Both the position numbers and the translations under genes were made by a program. A stretch of DNA of 64,000 bases from Octopus bimaculoides (Eukaryota), in the NCBI RefSeq assembly GCF_001194135.2, contig NC_068985.1, forward strand, positions 759,175 to 823,174, given 5' to 3'. Under the pieces are notes generated by a model. That model ran no database searches, was not told the DNA's origin, and was given only the letters and a program-made list of their open reading frames with translations. Shown here one piece after another: positions 24,190 through 36,283 of this stretch (its first letter is position 1; each line of letters opens with the position of its first letter).

Positions 24190-24800
24190 GTGGGGCATTA
24201 AATAAACATACCAGATTGTTTATTTACAGTCATATGATAGAAAAGAAGGGGAAAAAAGAAAGAAAGAAAGAAAAATAGTAAAAAGAAAAAAGTTCACAGT
24301 GCCAATGCTCTTCTCAATATGTGTGACATAACAATTAAAACAATCTTTTTGCATGGATGGTAATCCAGGGATCATTCTTAAATAATTTTCACTTTTCTTT
24401 TTGGTCATTCCAACTGCTCCTACAATCACTGGTATTGTAAACATCTTGAGATGCCACATTCTTTTTTTTTATTTCTGTCAGCAATTTTTTTTTTTCTGAG
24501 TTTATCAAAATTCTTTTGTTGAAATATTATTCACAAGGAATACTCCTGTTAGTCAATAAACCAACCCTATTGTTTTGGTCTTTCACAACAATGTCCAGCT
24601 TACTGGTTTTCATGGATCTGTCTGTATGTACTGGAAAGTCCCAAAGAATTGTGACATTTTCTCCCTCAGTTAAAGCCTCTGGGTGGTGATTATATCGCTT
24701 GTCGGCAGTTTTCATTTTACAATGCCAACATATAAACCAGTGAAGATATTGGCCAACTCGGTCATGCCTTGATTTATACTCCACTAGTGCTAAAACTTTA
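24190..24800 (-). mobile_element. RLE-type (R4/Dong/NeSL-like) non-LTR retrotransposon, endonuclease-domain remnant
   Basis: SRHDRVGQYLHWFIC..HHPEALTEGENVTILWDFPVHTDRSMKTSKLDIVVKD.. and MWHLKMFTIPVIVGAVG..LRMIPGLP..QKIVL..HILRRAL. These match the RHD, ILWDF..TD...PDIV and TIPVV.GALG motifs of RLE domains. Confidence 0.8.
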
Positions 24801-24899
24801 TATTCAGAGATTAGAACCTCCTCCTCCACGTCTTCTTCTTCTTCTTCTTCTTCTTCTTCTTCTTCTTCTTCTTCTTCTTCTTCTTCTTCTTCTCCTCCT

Positions 24900-25095
24900 C
24901 CTAAAGGTGGTAAACTGGCAGAATTATGTCTGTTTTTACATTCTGAGTTCAAATTCCACTAGGGTTGACTTTGCTTTTCTACTTTTCAGGGTCGATGAAA
25001 TAACTACCAGTTTAGCATTGAGGTTGGTGTAATTAACTAGCTCCCACCACCTCCAAAATTCCAAGCCTTGCGCCTAAAATGGAAAGGATTATTAT
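24900..25095 (+). mobile_element. SINE-like family 2, forward copy
   Basis: GGTAAACTGGCAGAA..ACATTCTGAGTTCAAATTCCACTAGGGTTGACTTTGCTTTTC..AAAGGATTATTATT. Confidence 0.7.
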
Positions 25096-25589
25096 TATTA
25101 TTATTGCTGTTGTTGTTATTTCCTTATGACAAACTCTAAAGAACACTGCTTACGGCTGACCTTCAAATAGTCTGACTCTAATGAAATTATTGTCTTGTTT
25201 TTACGACCAGATTTATCTTATTTAGGCAGAAGTAAAATTTCGACTTGAAATAAATGGGATCTTAAACAGTAATTGAATTATTAGCTGCAGTTTCTTAATT
25301 GCTATTCTAAGCACACAATTTGATATTGCTTATATCAATTAATGGACAATTAAATATTAGCATATGTTGTAATATCTATATAAAAGTATTAAAATGAAAG
25401 TAAAACCAGAATTAGCCAATGAGATGCAAGATAAGTATTTTGTATTTTATGATTATTAATAGCTTGTATCATCATTAGCAAAATTATACTTAAATCCTGC
25501 TGGTTCAGTTTCACAGGCTGTAATTAGACACCATTGAAGGTACTGCTGAATACTCTAGTGAAACGAACATATTGGAGTATTTTAGGTGA

Positions 25590-25900
25590 AGGCATGTGAC
25601 GTAGTGGTCAGAGCATTTGGATCATAATTTCAAGGTCGTGAGTTCAATTCCTGGTGGCACACTGCGTCATTGAGCAAGACACCTTATTTCATGTTCACTC
25701 AGCTGACCAAAACTGAGTTGTACCTGTAATTCAAAAGGTCAGCTAGTCACATTTGATGTGACACTGAATTTCTTTGAGAATTATGTTAATGGATCATGTG
25801 TCTGTGTAGTACTCATCCACATACATTTTAATTTCATGAGCCGGCCGTTCCATTGATAGGAGCAACTGGAACATTCATTGTCATGGTAACTGACAGAATA
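25590..25900 (+). mobile_element. tRNA-headed SINE with central TTGAGCAAG.CAC.TTATTTC..CACTCAGCTG domain
   Basis: A-box-like GACGTAGTGG and B-box GTTCAATTCC; the central domain is shared with 38829-39157. Confidence 0.6.
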
Positions 25901-27233
25901 CCAGTTGTTTTTTAAAAATATTTTGATAATTTCCAATGCTTTTGGCCCTTAAAATCTTTCTTGAACCCAGCACCCTCATTCTTCTTTCTCTCTCCCTCAT
26001 CTACAATTGCCTTTCCATTTTCTTTTTCAGAGACTTCATTAAACTTATCACAAGAATGGTTAGGGCCACAAAACATGAGCCATAATCCTATTAGTTTATT
26101 TGATGGTGCATTTCAAGCTCTAGTTTACCAGCTCTTACCCCAGGACCAATTCTCTCTCCTATGATCACTTCACTTCCTTCATTTTCTTCCTTAACTTTTC
26201 CCAACCAGTTTTGAAATTCACATCCACCATTTTTGGCATCTCTATTACCTTGTTTCACATCTCCATTTTCATTGTCCACCCAACCACTCGATCTCTGTCT
26301 TTTACAAACACATCACCTCAAAGTTTTTCATCAATTTCTCCTCTCGTCTTTCCCTACTCACTCCAAATCAACACTCTTCTTCCCAAAATTCCTCCATCAC
26401 TGCCACCTTTACGATATCAAGATTCTGTTTTTAAGGCTAAATCCCACCAAATACTCCACTTTTGTCTGAAATGGAGTCATGTCCAGCTTTCTATCATTAA
26501 ACCTTAGCCACTGACCCTAACCGAATAATTATATCCTGTTTTGTGACCAGATTTATCAGTCTTTCAGTGCCTGGTCCCCCACCAATTTCATTCCTTACTC
26601 CTCCTTAACTTCTACCCTGTTACTTGACCCTTAAACTGGGCCATCCTCAGAATTTCCATTTTCTCCAACATCATTTACCTCTCAACTTTCTAGAAGCCCT
26701 ATTTTCATCCTTTAGACATGATCATATCTTGTATAAACATCTCAGTCTGTAACCACGATCTCTGTCTTTTACAAACACACCACCTTTGTAGTAGCTCCTT
26801 TAGGTAAACCGATTCTAATATGTCATCCCTTTCACTAAGCAGAAGTAAGTATAAACGACGTATTTACAAATATTATGTGAAACACTCCAAGCATTACTGA
26901 TTAGAACAACTGGGAATATAGTTTGAAGTTATTTTTAAATTCATATTTGAAAATTCTACATTTACTTGTCTAACCCTAATCATATACATTCATTCTTGCA
27001 AGTTTTAAGAAATGAGCTGACAGAATCTATAACACAAGAAATGAATTCCCATGTGTAAGACGATCCCTTTCACATCAAACAGCTGTTTTTATATTCACAC
27101 CTACAACATATTATTGGGTGTCTAGTATTACATATTTTGATTGATTGTTAATATAATTTAGATAGTAATTTCTTGCACTAACACGACATCACTAATTATA
27201 TCAACAGTAATTGGCACAATTTTTTTAACACAG

Positions 27234-27292
27234 AACCCGACAAAAAGGCATATATCTTGATATTGGGAAAAAATTATACTTATTGTGTATAG
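27234..27292 (+). CDS. Candidate 59-nt exon (phase 2 to phase 1), product unknown
   Basis: Acceptor AATTTTTTTAACACAG and donor TAG|GTAAGT; one open frame TRQKGIYLDIGKKLYLLCI. Confidence 0.2.
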
Positions 27293-28048
27293 GTAAGTAT
27301 TTGAAGGGAAAAATGTGAACAGAACTCTACAGTATTTGGGAAAGAAAGATTTGATGATGAACTACAGAAGGTGTAATGGTCCAGTGAACCATAAGAGGTC
27401 TGTGACAGAAATTATGTCTTAACATTCAATTAATAATCTAGCCTAAAGAATCTGGGATCACAACAGGTCATGGACTTGGCTCAGAAGTGAACCACGCATT
27501 AGTTTTACTCATAGAATAGAAGCAAGATGATGAAGGAGAGCAGACCTATGTAACATAAATAAAAGCAGGATAATGATTAATTAAACTAATTAATGGTGAT
27601 AATATAGATGAAAATGATAATATTGATAATGGCAATTGAAGAGAAGGATGAAGTGGACAAAGAAGAGGTGAAGACAAAAAAAAAAAAAATAGATAGAACT
27701 GGTGACGATATAATTGATGGTTTGTTGTTTGTTTCATTTATTTAATTTCATTTTGTTTTAAGTGATTAATTTCCATTTTGTCACATCTAAAAAAAGGTGT
27801 AACAGCCACAGAAACAAAAAAAGCAAACACATTTGATAAAATCAATATATCCTAGTTTTGTTATAACATTTACTGGAGAAGTTCATTATCATGGACACTC
27901 ATAATTGACAAATGTTCTTTTTCTCACTCTCAATATACAGATATAAATATATGTTTATCTTTGTGTGTGCATGTGTGTAATTGTGTGCAAGTATGTGTGC
28001 CTCTGCGCACATGTGTGTGTAAATATATATATATGTGTATACATGTAT

Positions 28049-28170
28049 ATATAAAAAATGATAAGAAATGGAGCAATAATAACAGTTACAAGTGGATCAT
28101 TGGTGCTTTAAAACACTAATGATCCACTTCCAACTGTTATTATTGCTCAATTTCTTATCGTCTTTTATAT
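28049..28170. repeat. Imperfect hairpin, about 46-bp core arms with an 8-nt loop
   Basis: GATAAGAAATGGAGCAATAATAACAGTTACAAGTGGATCATTGGTG / CACTAATGATCCACTTCCAACTGTTATTATTGCTCAATTTCTTATC. Confidence 0.8.
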
Positions 28171-28301
28171 ATATATATTAAACCACGGTTTTACAGTTTG
28201 AATTACCAATAACAAGGACCATACATATTGAGGTAATACCAGGAGTGACTTTGGATACATCTATCCTTTAGATGGTTACTTTACCTCTATCTTATATCTT
28301 A

Positions 28302-28351
<50 letters not shown>

Positions 28352-29139
28352 NNNNNNNNNNNNNNNNNNNNNNNNNNNNNNNNNNNNNNNNNNNNNNNNN
28401 NNNNNNNNNNNNNNNNNNNNNNNNNNNNNNNNNNNNNNNNNNNNNNNNNNNNNNNNNNNNNNNNNNNNNNNNNNNNNNNNNNNNNNNNNNNNNNNNNNNN
28501 NNNNNNNNNNNNNNNNNNNNNNNNNNNNNNNNNNNNNNNNNNNNNNNNNNNNNNNNNNNNNNNNNNNNNNNNNNNNNNNNNNNNNNNNNNNNNNNNNNNN
28601 NNNNNNNNNNNNNNNNNNNNNNNNNNNNNNNNNNNNNNNNNNNNNNNNNNNNNNNNNNNNNNNNNNNNNNNNNNNNNNNNNNNNNNNNNNNNNNNNNNNN
28701 NNNNNNNNNNNNNNNNNNNNNNNNNNNNNNNNNNNNNNNNNNNNNNNNNNNNNNNNNNNNNNNNNNNNNNNNNNNNNNNNNNNNNNNNNNNNNNNNNNNN
28801 NNNNNNNNNNNNNNNNNNNNNNNNNNNNNNNNNNNNNNNNNNNNNNNNNNNNNNNNNNNNNNNNNNNNNNNNNNNNNNNNNNNNNNNNNNNNNNNNNNNN
28901 NNNNNNNNNNNNNNNNNNNNNNNNNNNNNNNNNNNNNNNNNNNNNNNNNNNNNNNNNNNNNNNNNNNNNNNNNNNNNNNNNNNNNNNNNNNNNNNNNNNN
29001 NNNNNNNNNNNNNNNNNNNNNNNNNNNNNNNNNNNNNNNNNNNNNNNNNNNNNNNNNNNNNNNNNNNNNNNNNNNNNNNNNNNNNNNNNNNNNNNNNNNN
29101 NNNNNNNNNNNNNNNNNNNNNNNNNNNNNNNNNNNNNNC

Positions 29140-29815
29140 TGTGACGGTGACACATAAAAAGCACCATCCGAATGCAGCCAATTCCAGTGCTACCTGACTG
29201 GCTCCCATGTCGGTGGCATGTAAAAAGCACCATCGGAACGTGGTTGATGCCAGTGCTGCCTAACTGGCATATTTCCCATCAACCACACCACCACCCTTGT
29301 TCATCACTCACTGCACTCACCTCTACCCTGCCACTCTCTAACCATTTCTTACTCCCCCATCACACTTTTATGAAAGCATCCATTCTCTCTTCCTCTCTCA
29401 TCTGTATCCTCTCTTATCTTCACCTTCTTTTGTACCTTGAGAGATTTTCTGTTTTTTACCTCCTTCTCAACTACTTCTGTCCACCCCTATATAACGTGGG
29501 GTAGCCATGTATCTCATCTGTAGCAAGACTCTTGAGCTTGTCCCTCAACTGTAGTCTTTCAATGCCTTCCTGTTCTTTTTCTGCCTTGCAAGTTACCCAG
29601 CGATCCTCACTAGTGCCAGTGGCATGAAAAAGCACTCTGCACACACACACATTGTAATATGTGGTTGATGTTAGGAAGGGCATCCAGCCATAGAAACCAT
29701 TCCAAAGCTGACACGGAAGTCTGTTTCAGCCCTGTGGCCTGCTGGATTCTGTCAGATTGTCCATCCTGTGCAAGCATGGAAAATGGATGTTAAATGATAA
29801 CGATGGGATAGAGTG
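29140..29815 (+). mobile_element. RTE-tail SINE-like copy interrupted by about 320 bp of unrelated decayed sequence (about 29280-29610), ending in a long (GAT)n tail
   Basis: Head motifs CACATAAAAAGCACCATCCG..GGTTGATGCCAGTGC stop at about 29280 and resume at about 29615 (GTGCCAGTGGCATGAAAAAGCAC..AGGAAGGGCATCCAGCC). (GAT)n runs 29815-30025. Confidence 0.65.
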
Positions 29816-29869
29816 ATTATGATGATGACGATGATGATGATGATGATGATTATGATGATGATGATGGTA

Positions 29870-29922
<53 letters not shown>

Positions 29923-29968
29923 AATGACAATGATGATGATGATTATGATGATGATGATGATAATGATG

Positions 29969-30022
<54 letters not shown>

Positions 30023-30839
30023 GTGATTTATAGTTATAAGCACACTTCTTTTATAATGAAATAAAAAAAAAATATATTCCTACCATTTCCTGGAATTTAA
30101 TTCAAGTAATTAAAAGAAAATTGATGTCATTTATTCACTTATTACATTATGAATGGACAGACATTTTGTGAAAAGCTTTTAAAAGTGGTAATTCAAAGAC
30201 AAACAGAATATTTCTATGCAATCTTTACTAACAAATACAATGTTCCACAATGCAATGTCTAAAGAAACTAATTGGAAATGCAGAGTTCTACCATAGAATA
30301 ACAGATGCTTGTGTCAATATTTCAAAGTATTCTGCACGATAGATGTCTAGTCTGAAAATGTTTTAAGTTGTAAATAATAATTTTAATGCTCTTAGGGATT
30401 TTGAATTCTTCATACAGATTTCCTGGTTGTTGAGAGGAATAATTAGCATTTATTAGATAGGACTAATAAACCATGTTTGGGAAAGTTAAGTTGTAGAGTT
30501 TTTGATCCATTTGCTCGAGAAAAAAATAGCTTCTAAGCAATTGATACATACACATGCGTATATATAATTATATATATATATATATTGACTATTATTATAA
30601 TAAACATATAAATTATTCTGTGCATACATTGTCCATTTTCTTTGGATTGTTAAAAAATGTTCTCCTACATCTAAAAGATGGAAACATCTATAGTGACAAG
30701 TGGGATTTCAAGAGTGTAAGCTACTAATTATTGGAGAAGAACCAACCAATTCCCAGTATCGTCAATTGATATGGAGGTTAAACCCAGTGTACGCTTGGAT
30801 AAATATCCCTAGGAAAGAACAACCTCTTTCCACAGAGAC

Positions 30840-30878
<39 letters not shown>

Positions 30879-31167
30879 TACACAGACATAGACACAAGAA
30901 GGCTGTCTCCTGTTCATTTTCCTAGGGGACTTTGGCTGGCATTAGGTTGAGCCTGGTACTTATTACCCTCTGCACAACAAGCAATAAAACCAGAAGCAGA
31001 TTATAATTGACTTATATGTGTATGTATGTGTAAGAGAATGTGTGTGTGTATATGTGTGTGCTTGTGTCTAAGTATGAATGGATAGAAAAAGAAATAGATT
31101 AACAGAAAGAAGTTCAAATTTGTTGTTTCAACGCATGACTGAGCAATGACCCTGGAACTAAAGGCAT

Positions 31168-31215
<48 letters not shown>

Positions 31216-31523
31216 TGACACTTATAAACTTCATTATTTCTGTGAAGCATTGCTAAATGGTCTTTATGATTGAACAAGTAAGAAATGTTCTAAAACGTAA
31301 ATTTTCAATTTGCATTGGCTATAATTACACCACAGAAATTGATTGCTGATGAGAGTAGGGGATAACCCCCTACCGTTTACCCTCATAACCGACAGGTAGC
31401 ATGACTGAAGGAGGACGACACAGCCAAAGCCGATGACCAGCACCAAGGGAGATAATCCACATTCTTTATATCTGTATCGTTGCCCCTCCATATTTTAAAG
31501 AGGACACAGGCTAACAAGTCCTA

Positions 31524-31579
31524 GGGTCCGAAGATATGCCATAAAGGTACCTTTAATGGCAAGAAACCCAAGGTAACCC
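31524..31579 (+). ncRNA. Type I hammerhead ribozyme-like fold with all three stems
   Basis: GGGT-CCGAAGA-[TATGCCATAAAGGTACCTTTAATGGCAA]-GAAA-CC-CAA-GG-TA|ACCC. Stem I is GGGT/ACCC, stem II is a long near-palindrome, stem III is A-U, C-G, C-G with a CAA loop, and the GUA site is at 31573-31575. U4 is C. Confidence 0.55.
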
Positions 31580-31778
31580 AAGAAACCAGCCTTCACCAGT
31601 AATTAATATATACATACATATATATATATGAAGAGCATAGGCTTCAAACATAAAAGACTTTTTCATTTTTCTCGAGAATCAAACTAATACACCTGCTTGT
31701 TGTTCATACACCTGTCTTCTTCTTCGTCTTTTGTTTTTCTATAAATTTCAACGATATATGTATGTGTGTGTGTGTCTG

Positions 31779-31827
<49 letters not shown>

Positions 31828-32452
31828 NNNNNNNNNNNNNNNNNNNNNNNNNNNNNNNNNNNNNNNNNNNNNNNNNNNNNNNNNNNNNNNNNNNNNNNNN
31901 NNNNNNNNNNNNNNNNNNNNNNNNNNNNNNNNNNNNNNNNNNNNNNNNNNNNNNNNNNNNNNNNNNNNNNNNNNNNNNNNNNNNNNNNNNNNNNNNNNNN
32001 NNNNNNNNNNNNNNNNNNNNNNNNNNNNNNNNNNNNNNNNNNNNNNNNNNNNNNNNNNNNNNNNNNNNNNNNNNNNNNNNNNNNNNNNNNNNNNNNNNNN
32101 NNNNNNNNNNNNNNNNNNNNNNNNNNNNNNNNNNNNNNNNNNNNNNNNNNNNNNNNNNNNNNNNNNNNNNNNNNNNNNNNNNNNNNNNNNNNNNNNNNNN
32201 NNNNNNNNNNNNNNNNNNNNNNNNNNNNNNNNNNNNNNNNNNNNNNNNNNNNNNNNNNNNNNNNNNNNNNNNNNNNNNNNNNNNNNNNNNNNNNNNNNNN
32301 NNNNNNNNNNNNNNNNNNNNNNNNNNNNNNNNNNNNNNNNNNNNNNNNNNNNNNNNNNNNNNNNNNNNNNNNNNNNNNNNNNNNNNNNNNNNNNNNNNNN
32401 NNNNNNNNNNNNNNNNNNNNNNNNNNNNNNNNNNNNNNNNNNNNNNNNNNNN

Positions 32453-33869
32453 GGGGGTTGGCAACTAAGTTCTCGCCATTTTTAAAAATTTAAATGTTTT
32501 AAAAGGTTTAATATAAAATAACAACTAATTAATCAATAATGTATTCACCCTTGTTGTTTACAATTTCTTCCCAATGTTCAACAAGATTTTCAATACCTCG
32601 TTGGTAGAAATCACCCAATTTCAATTTGAAAAATTGATCCAACCGAGATCTTGATTTTGTATCAGTATTGAACGAAACTCCGCGCATAGCATTTAAAAGA
32701 GATCGAAAGAGGTGGAAATCCATTGGTGCCAAATCAAGAGAGTACGGTGGGTGTGGCAGCACTTCCCAGCCATGCGTTTGAATGGCTTCCTTGGTCATAT
32801 TGGCGATATGAGGGCGGATGTTGTGCAGCAGAAGAACTCCATGCTGCTGATTAGGTCTTTTCTTTTGAATAGCCGTGTTGAGTCGTTCCATCTGTTAAAC
32901 ATCTGTTGAACACAGAGTTCCACGTTGACTGTTTGGTTCTGTTCAAGCAATTCATAATGGATAATCCCTTCCCAGTCCCACCATTCGCAGAACATCGTTT
33001 TACACGGATGAAGATCTTGTTTCACGCGCAGTGTTACTTGTTTACCGGGGCTAAGCCATTCCTTATGCTGCTTCATATTGATGTAAAGGCACCATTTTTC
33101 ATCGCCAGTAACGATTTGGTAAAGAAATCATTGCTTGTGCCCATGAGTTGAGCGGTGACAAGCAAGCAAACCAGCAGAGATTGTGGCTCGTTGATTTTTG
33201 TTGTTGTCACTTAAAGCATGCGGGACCCATGCTCCATACTTCTGAACCTTTCCCATCGAGTGAGGATGCTTCTCTATAGCAGTGTGGGAGCATTCCATTT
33301 TCTCTGCCAGTTCCCTCGTCATTTGACGAGAATTTTCGTGCAAAAGTTGGTTTAATCTCTCTTCATTGAATTCAACTGGATGGCCAGAACGAGGTGCGTC
33401 TTTGAGGTCAAAATTTCCATTTTTGAACTTGGCATACCAATCACAAGCAGNNNNNNNNNNNNNNNNNNNNNNNNNNNNNNNNNNNNNNNNNNNNNNNNNN
33501 NNNNNNNNNNNNNNNNNNNNNNNNNNNNNNNNNNNNNNNNNNNNNNNNNNNNNNNNNNNNNNNNNNNNNNNNNNNNNNNNNNNNNNNNNNNNNNGGCACC
33601 CTCTCCACACACACAGCGCAAATGTCGTGAGCAGCTTTTGCGGCCGTAGAAGCTTGATTAAAAGCAAAAAGAAGGAGGTGTCGAAAACGCTCGTTTTTCT
33701 TAACTTGACATTCCATTTTAATGATCTGAAAATAAACAAAAATTAACTAAAATTAACTAAAAAAAAAGACAAAAAACAAAATAGATTCCAAAATGATTCA
33801 AAAATAGAATTCTCGAAAAAATATATTCCAAAATTTAAAAAAGTGGCGGGATCTTAGTTGCCAACCCAA
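32453..33869 (-). mobile_element. Near full-length decayed mariner DNA transposon (mellifera-like subfamily)
   Basis: TIRs about 29 bp: GGGTTGGCAACTAAGTTCTCGCCA / TGGCGGGATCTTAGTTGCCAACCCAA followed by TA. The transposase starts MECQVKKNERFRHLLLFAF and has WVPHAL, IVTGDEKW and YSLDLAPMDFHLF. It is disabled by a stop at about 33128, frameshifts, and loss of the second catalytic D (LLHNIRPH). Internal N gap. Confidence 0.92.
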
Positions 33870-33904
33870 TATATATATATATATATCTCCATATATTTAT
33901 ATGA

Positions 33905-34050
33905 AGAGTTTCTCTCAGTTCCATCTACCAAATCTATTCACAATGCTTTGGTTGGCCCAAGGCTATAGTAGAAGACACATACTTAAAGGGCCACACAGTG
34001 AAACTGAACCTGAAACCATGTGGCTGACAAGCAAATCCTGTTCCCTTTTC
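33905..34050 (-). mobile_element. 5' part of OR-like SINE (reverse)
   Basis: GCTTTGGTTGGCCCAAGGCTATAGTAGAAGACAC..ACTGAACCTGAAACCATGTGG. Confidence 0.7.
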
Positions 34051-35209
34051 TCAGACTCTATAATTGGGGCTATTTTCACAGGTAGGCAAACAATTGGCAT
34101 TTGGTTAAAGTGTAAGAGTCATCTCTGTTTAGAAATGGCATCAAGGGATTAGCATCTCCACAAATGTTCAAACTGAATATTCCCTGCATTAATTTTATTA
34201 GTCTACGAGAAGCTGCAAAGGTTACGTGCCCTGATCCCTTTCATTAGGTTAACATACAGGAAATAAAAAAAAAAAGAAACAATCAAGAAATGACTTTGCT
34301 GGAAAGCTACCTTAGCCTCAACCTCAACAGGTTATAATTAAAGATGAAATGATAGCAAAGTGGCAGTGTTAATGAATAACGAATAAAGCTATAACATATT
34401 GAAGGACTGAAGAGGATCCTAAATTAAAATCCTGCCAAAATTTACATTATTGTGAAATTGATTGATTTCATCTTTATGAACATGTAAGCAATTGGTCAAA
34501 ACATTTAACATGTCATTCATGTTAACTTTTGTCATCTGATAGGAAGTATTTCATTTGTATCTCCTGTTCTGTGACAACTAACATTATCTGGAAATTTCTA
34601 TTGAATTCAATAAAATCGATGTAGTGTTGAATATTCTAATCTTGAGGCTAGAATTAGAGACGAAGACAAAAGATTTCCTTTTCTTAAATAGTTCTGATCC
34701 GAGCAAACAATCGCTCTGATTTGTACAATTAACTTCAAAGTGTGAGATTGTTACCAATTCATCACAAGCTTTTAACTAAATTGTCTACAGATTTCTTTTT
34801 CGTTTTACTCTTAAATAATTCATCTGGTCATTCTTATCAAGTCCATTCCGTCCTTGATGTAAAGTTTATTTTATAACAAATTCTTATTCTTGGAAAGTGA
34901 TGACATGTTATTTTATGCCTGCTGAGAAATGTCTAGACAATAGAAGACAAGGTCATTGGAAGCAATGTAACTGTTTTATGGTGAGAGTTTTTAGGAATGC
35001 TTTTTCTTTTAGAATTTTAATGGACAACTGAATGCTAGACAATGAAAATTTCAGCTCAACAAAGCAATCAAATGATTTACGATTTTCTTAATGTTACTGA
35101 CAGCATTAAAGTGGGCCATTTATCAGAACCAAATTGTAAACTACTTTTTGTTGTTCCAACACAATGGGTCCAACTATTTTAAATCTCTCTCTCTCTCTCT
35201 CTCTCTTAT

Positions 35210-35253
<44 letters not shown>

Positions 35254-35859
35254 CATAGCCATGGATGCTATAACACATATGCACATATGCATATATACAT
35301 ATATATTTACATACATTCACATATGTACACATACATGCATACATATACATACGCATATACATATACACATATTCATATATACATTCATACATACATACAC
35401 GCACTCACACATACACACACATAGATATATATATACATAGAGTGGCGCAAAAATGTATACACACATTGAATGATTATAAAGTCTTGTCATCATCATCATT
35501 ATCGTCTAACATCCGCTTTCCATGCTGGCATGGGTTGGATGGTTTGACTGAGGACTGGCAATCCAGAAGGCTGTACCAGGCACCAATCTGCATTTATTAA
35601 AATATATTTAATTTTCAAAATTTAAAGAATTAATAGAATCTACAGACAGAATTTAATTTTCTATGAATGCCTGTTATCAATCCAATGATTGTTCTGGGTC
35701 CAATCACAACTAATTAAGTGAAGCAGTAGAATGGCAAACATCAAAAAAATATTTTGATTAGTCTTTGTGCATTTCCTCATCCAATGACTGCTTTGAAGTT
35801 GTCAAGTTTTTATCCCTTTTATACTGTAAACTTTATCTTCTGTGTATCCCTATAAAAAA

Positions 35860-35947
35860 ATGTCAAGTGGAAGGAGGTCTGGTGAATGTAAAAGGCATTC
35901 TACTGGACCTGGTTGTCCAATTCACTTGTTTGCAAAATCTCATCAAG
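35860..35947 (+). CDS. Candidate exon 1 of a two-exon small ORF (joins 37343)
   Basis: ATG at 35860 gives MSSGRRSGECKRHSTGPGCPIHLFAKSHQ, then a strong donor AAG|GTAGGT. An alternative frame (..LLDLVVQFTCLQNLIK, phase 0) is also open. Confidence 0.3.
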
Positions 35948-36242
35948 GTAGGTCCTTTCTTGTAAACAATGCAAAAGAGTGAAACCTGCTTTAGATAAAC
36001 GGTGGGCAACATCATAAAAATAACACTATCTAGGCATGGGCAATCAAAGGAGCTTATATGTAGTCATTTGAATTACTAGAAATAACAGCCAATCCTCCTT
36101 ACTTCACATTCTGCTTTCTTAAAAGGCATGTTAGGTAATATAGTTCTTGATATATAGTTTTATGATTGCTGAAAAGATGATGTGTGGAACCTTTTCAATC
36201 TTAGCTCTGCTGGTAAAGCATTGACTCAATACTGAACATCAG

Positions 36243-36283
<41 letters not shown>

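Noticed and set aside
29726-30064. Poly-His, poly-Met and poly-Asp ORFs, and similar ones at 11480-12240, 57605, 59908-60482 and 63245
   Set aside because: They are translations of (GAT)n, (AAT)n and (GAA)n microsatellites, mostly retroelement tails.
31346-31380. CTGATGA followed by a GC-rich hairpin
   Set aside because: GAAA is absent (CGTTT follows) and no stem I partner was found. It is kept only as context for the cluster.
18704-33746. Long ORFs of 170-310 aa in the track
   Set aside because: They run through N gaps and (TA)n. Only the mariner portions are real coding remnants.
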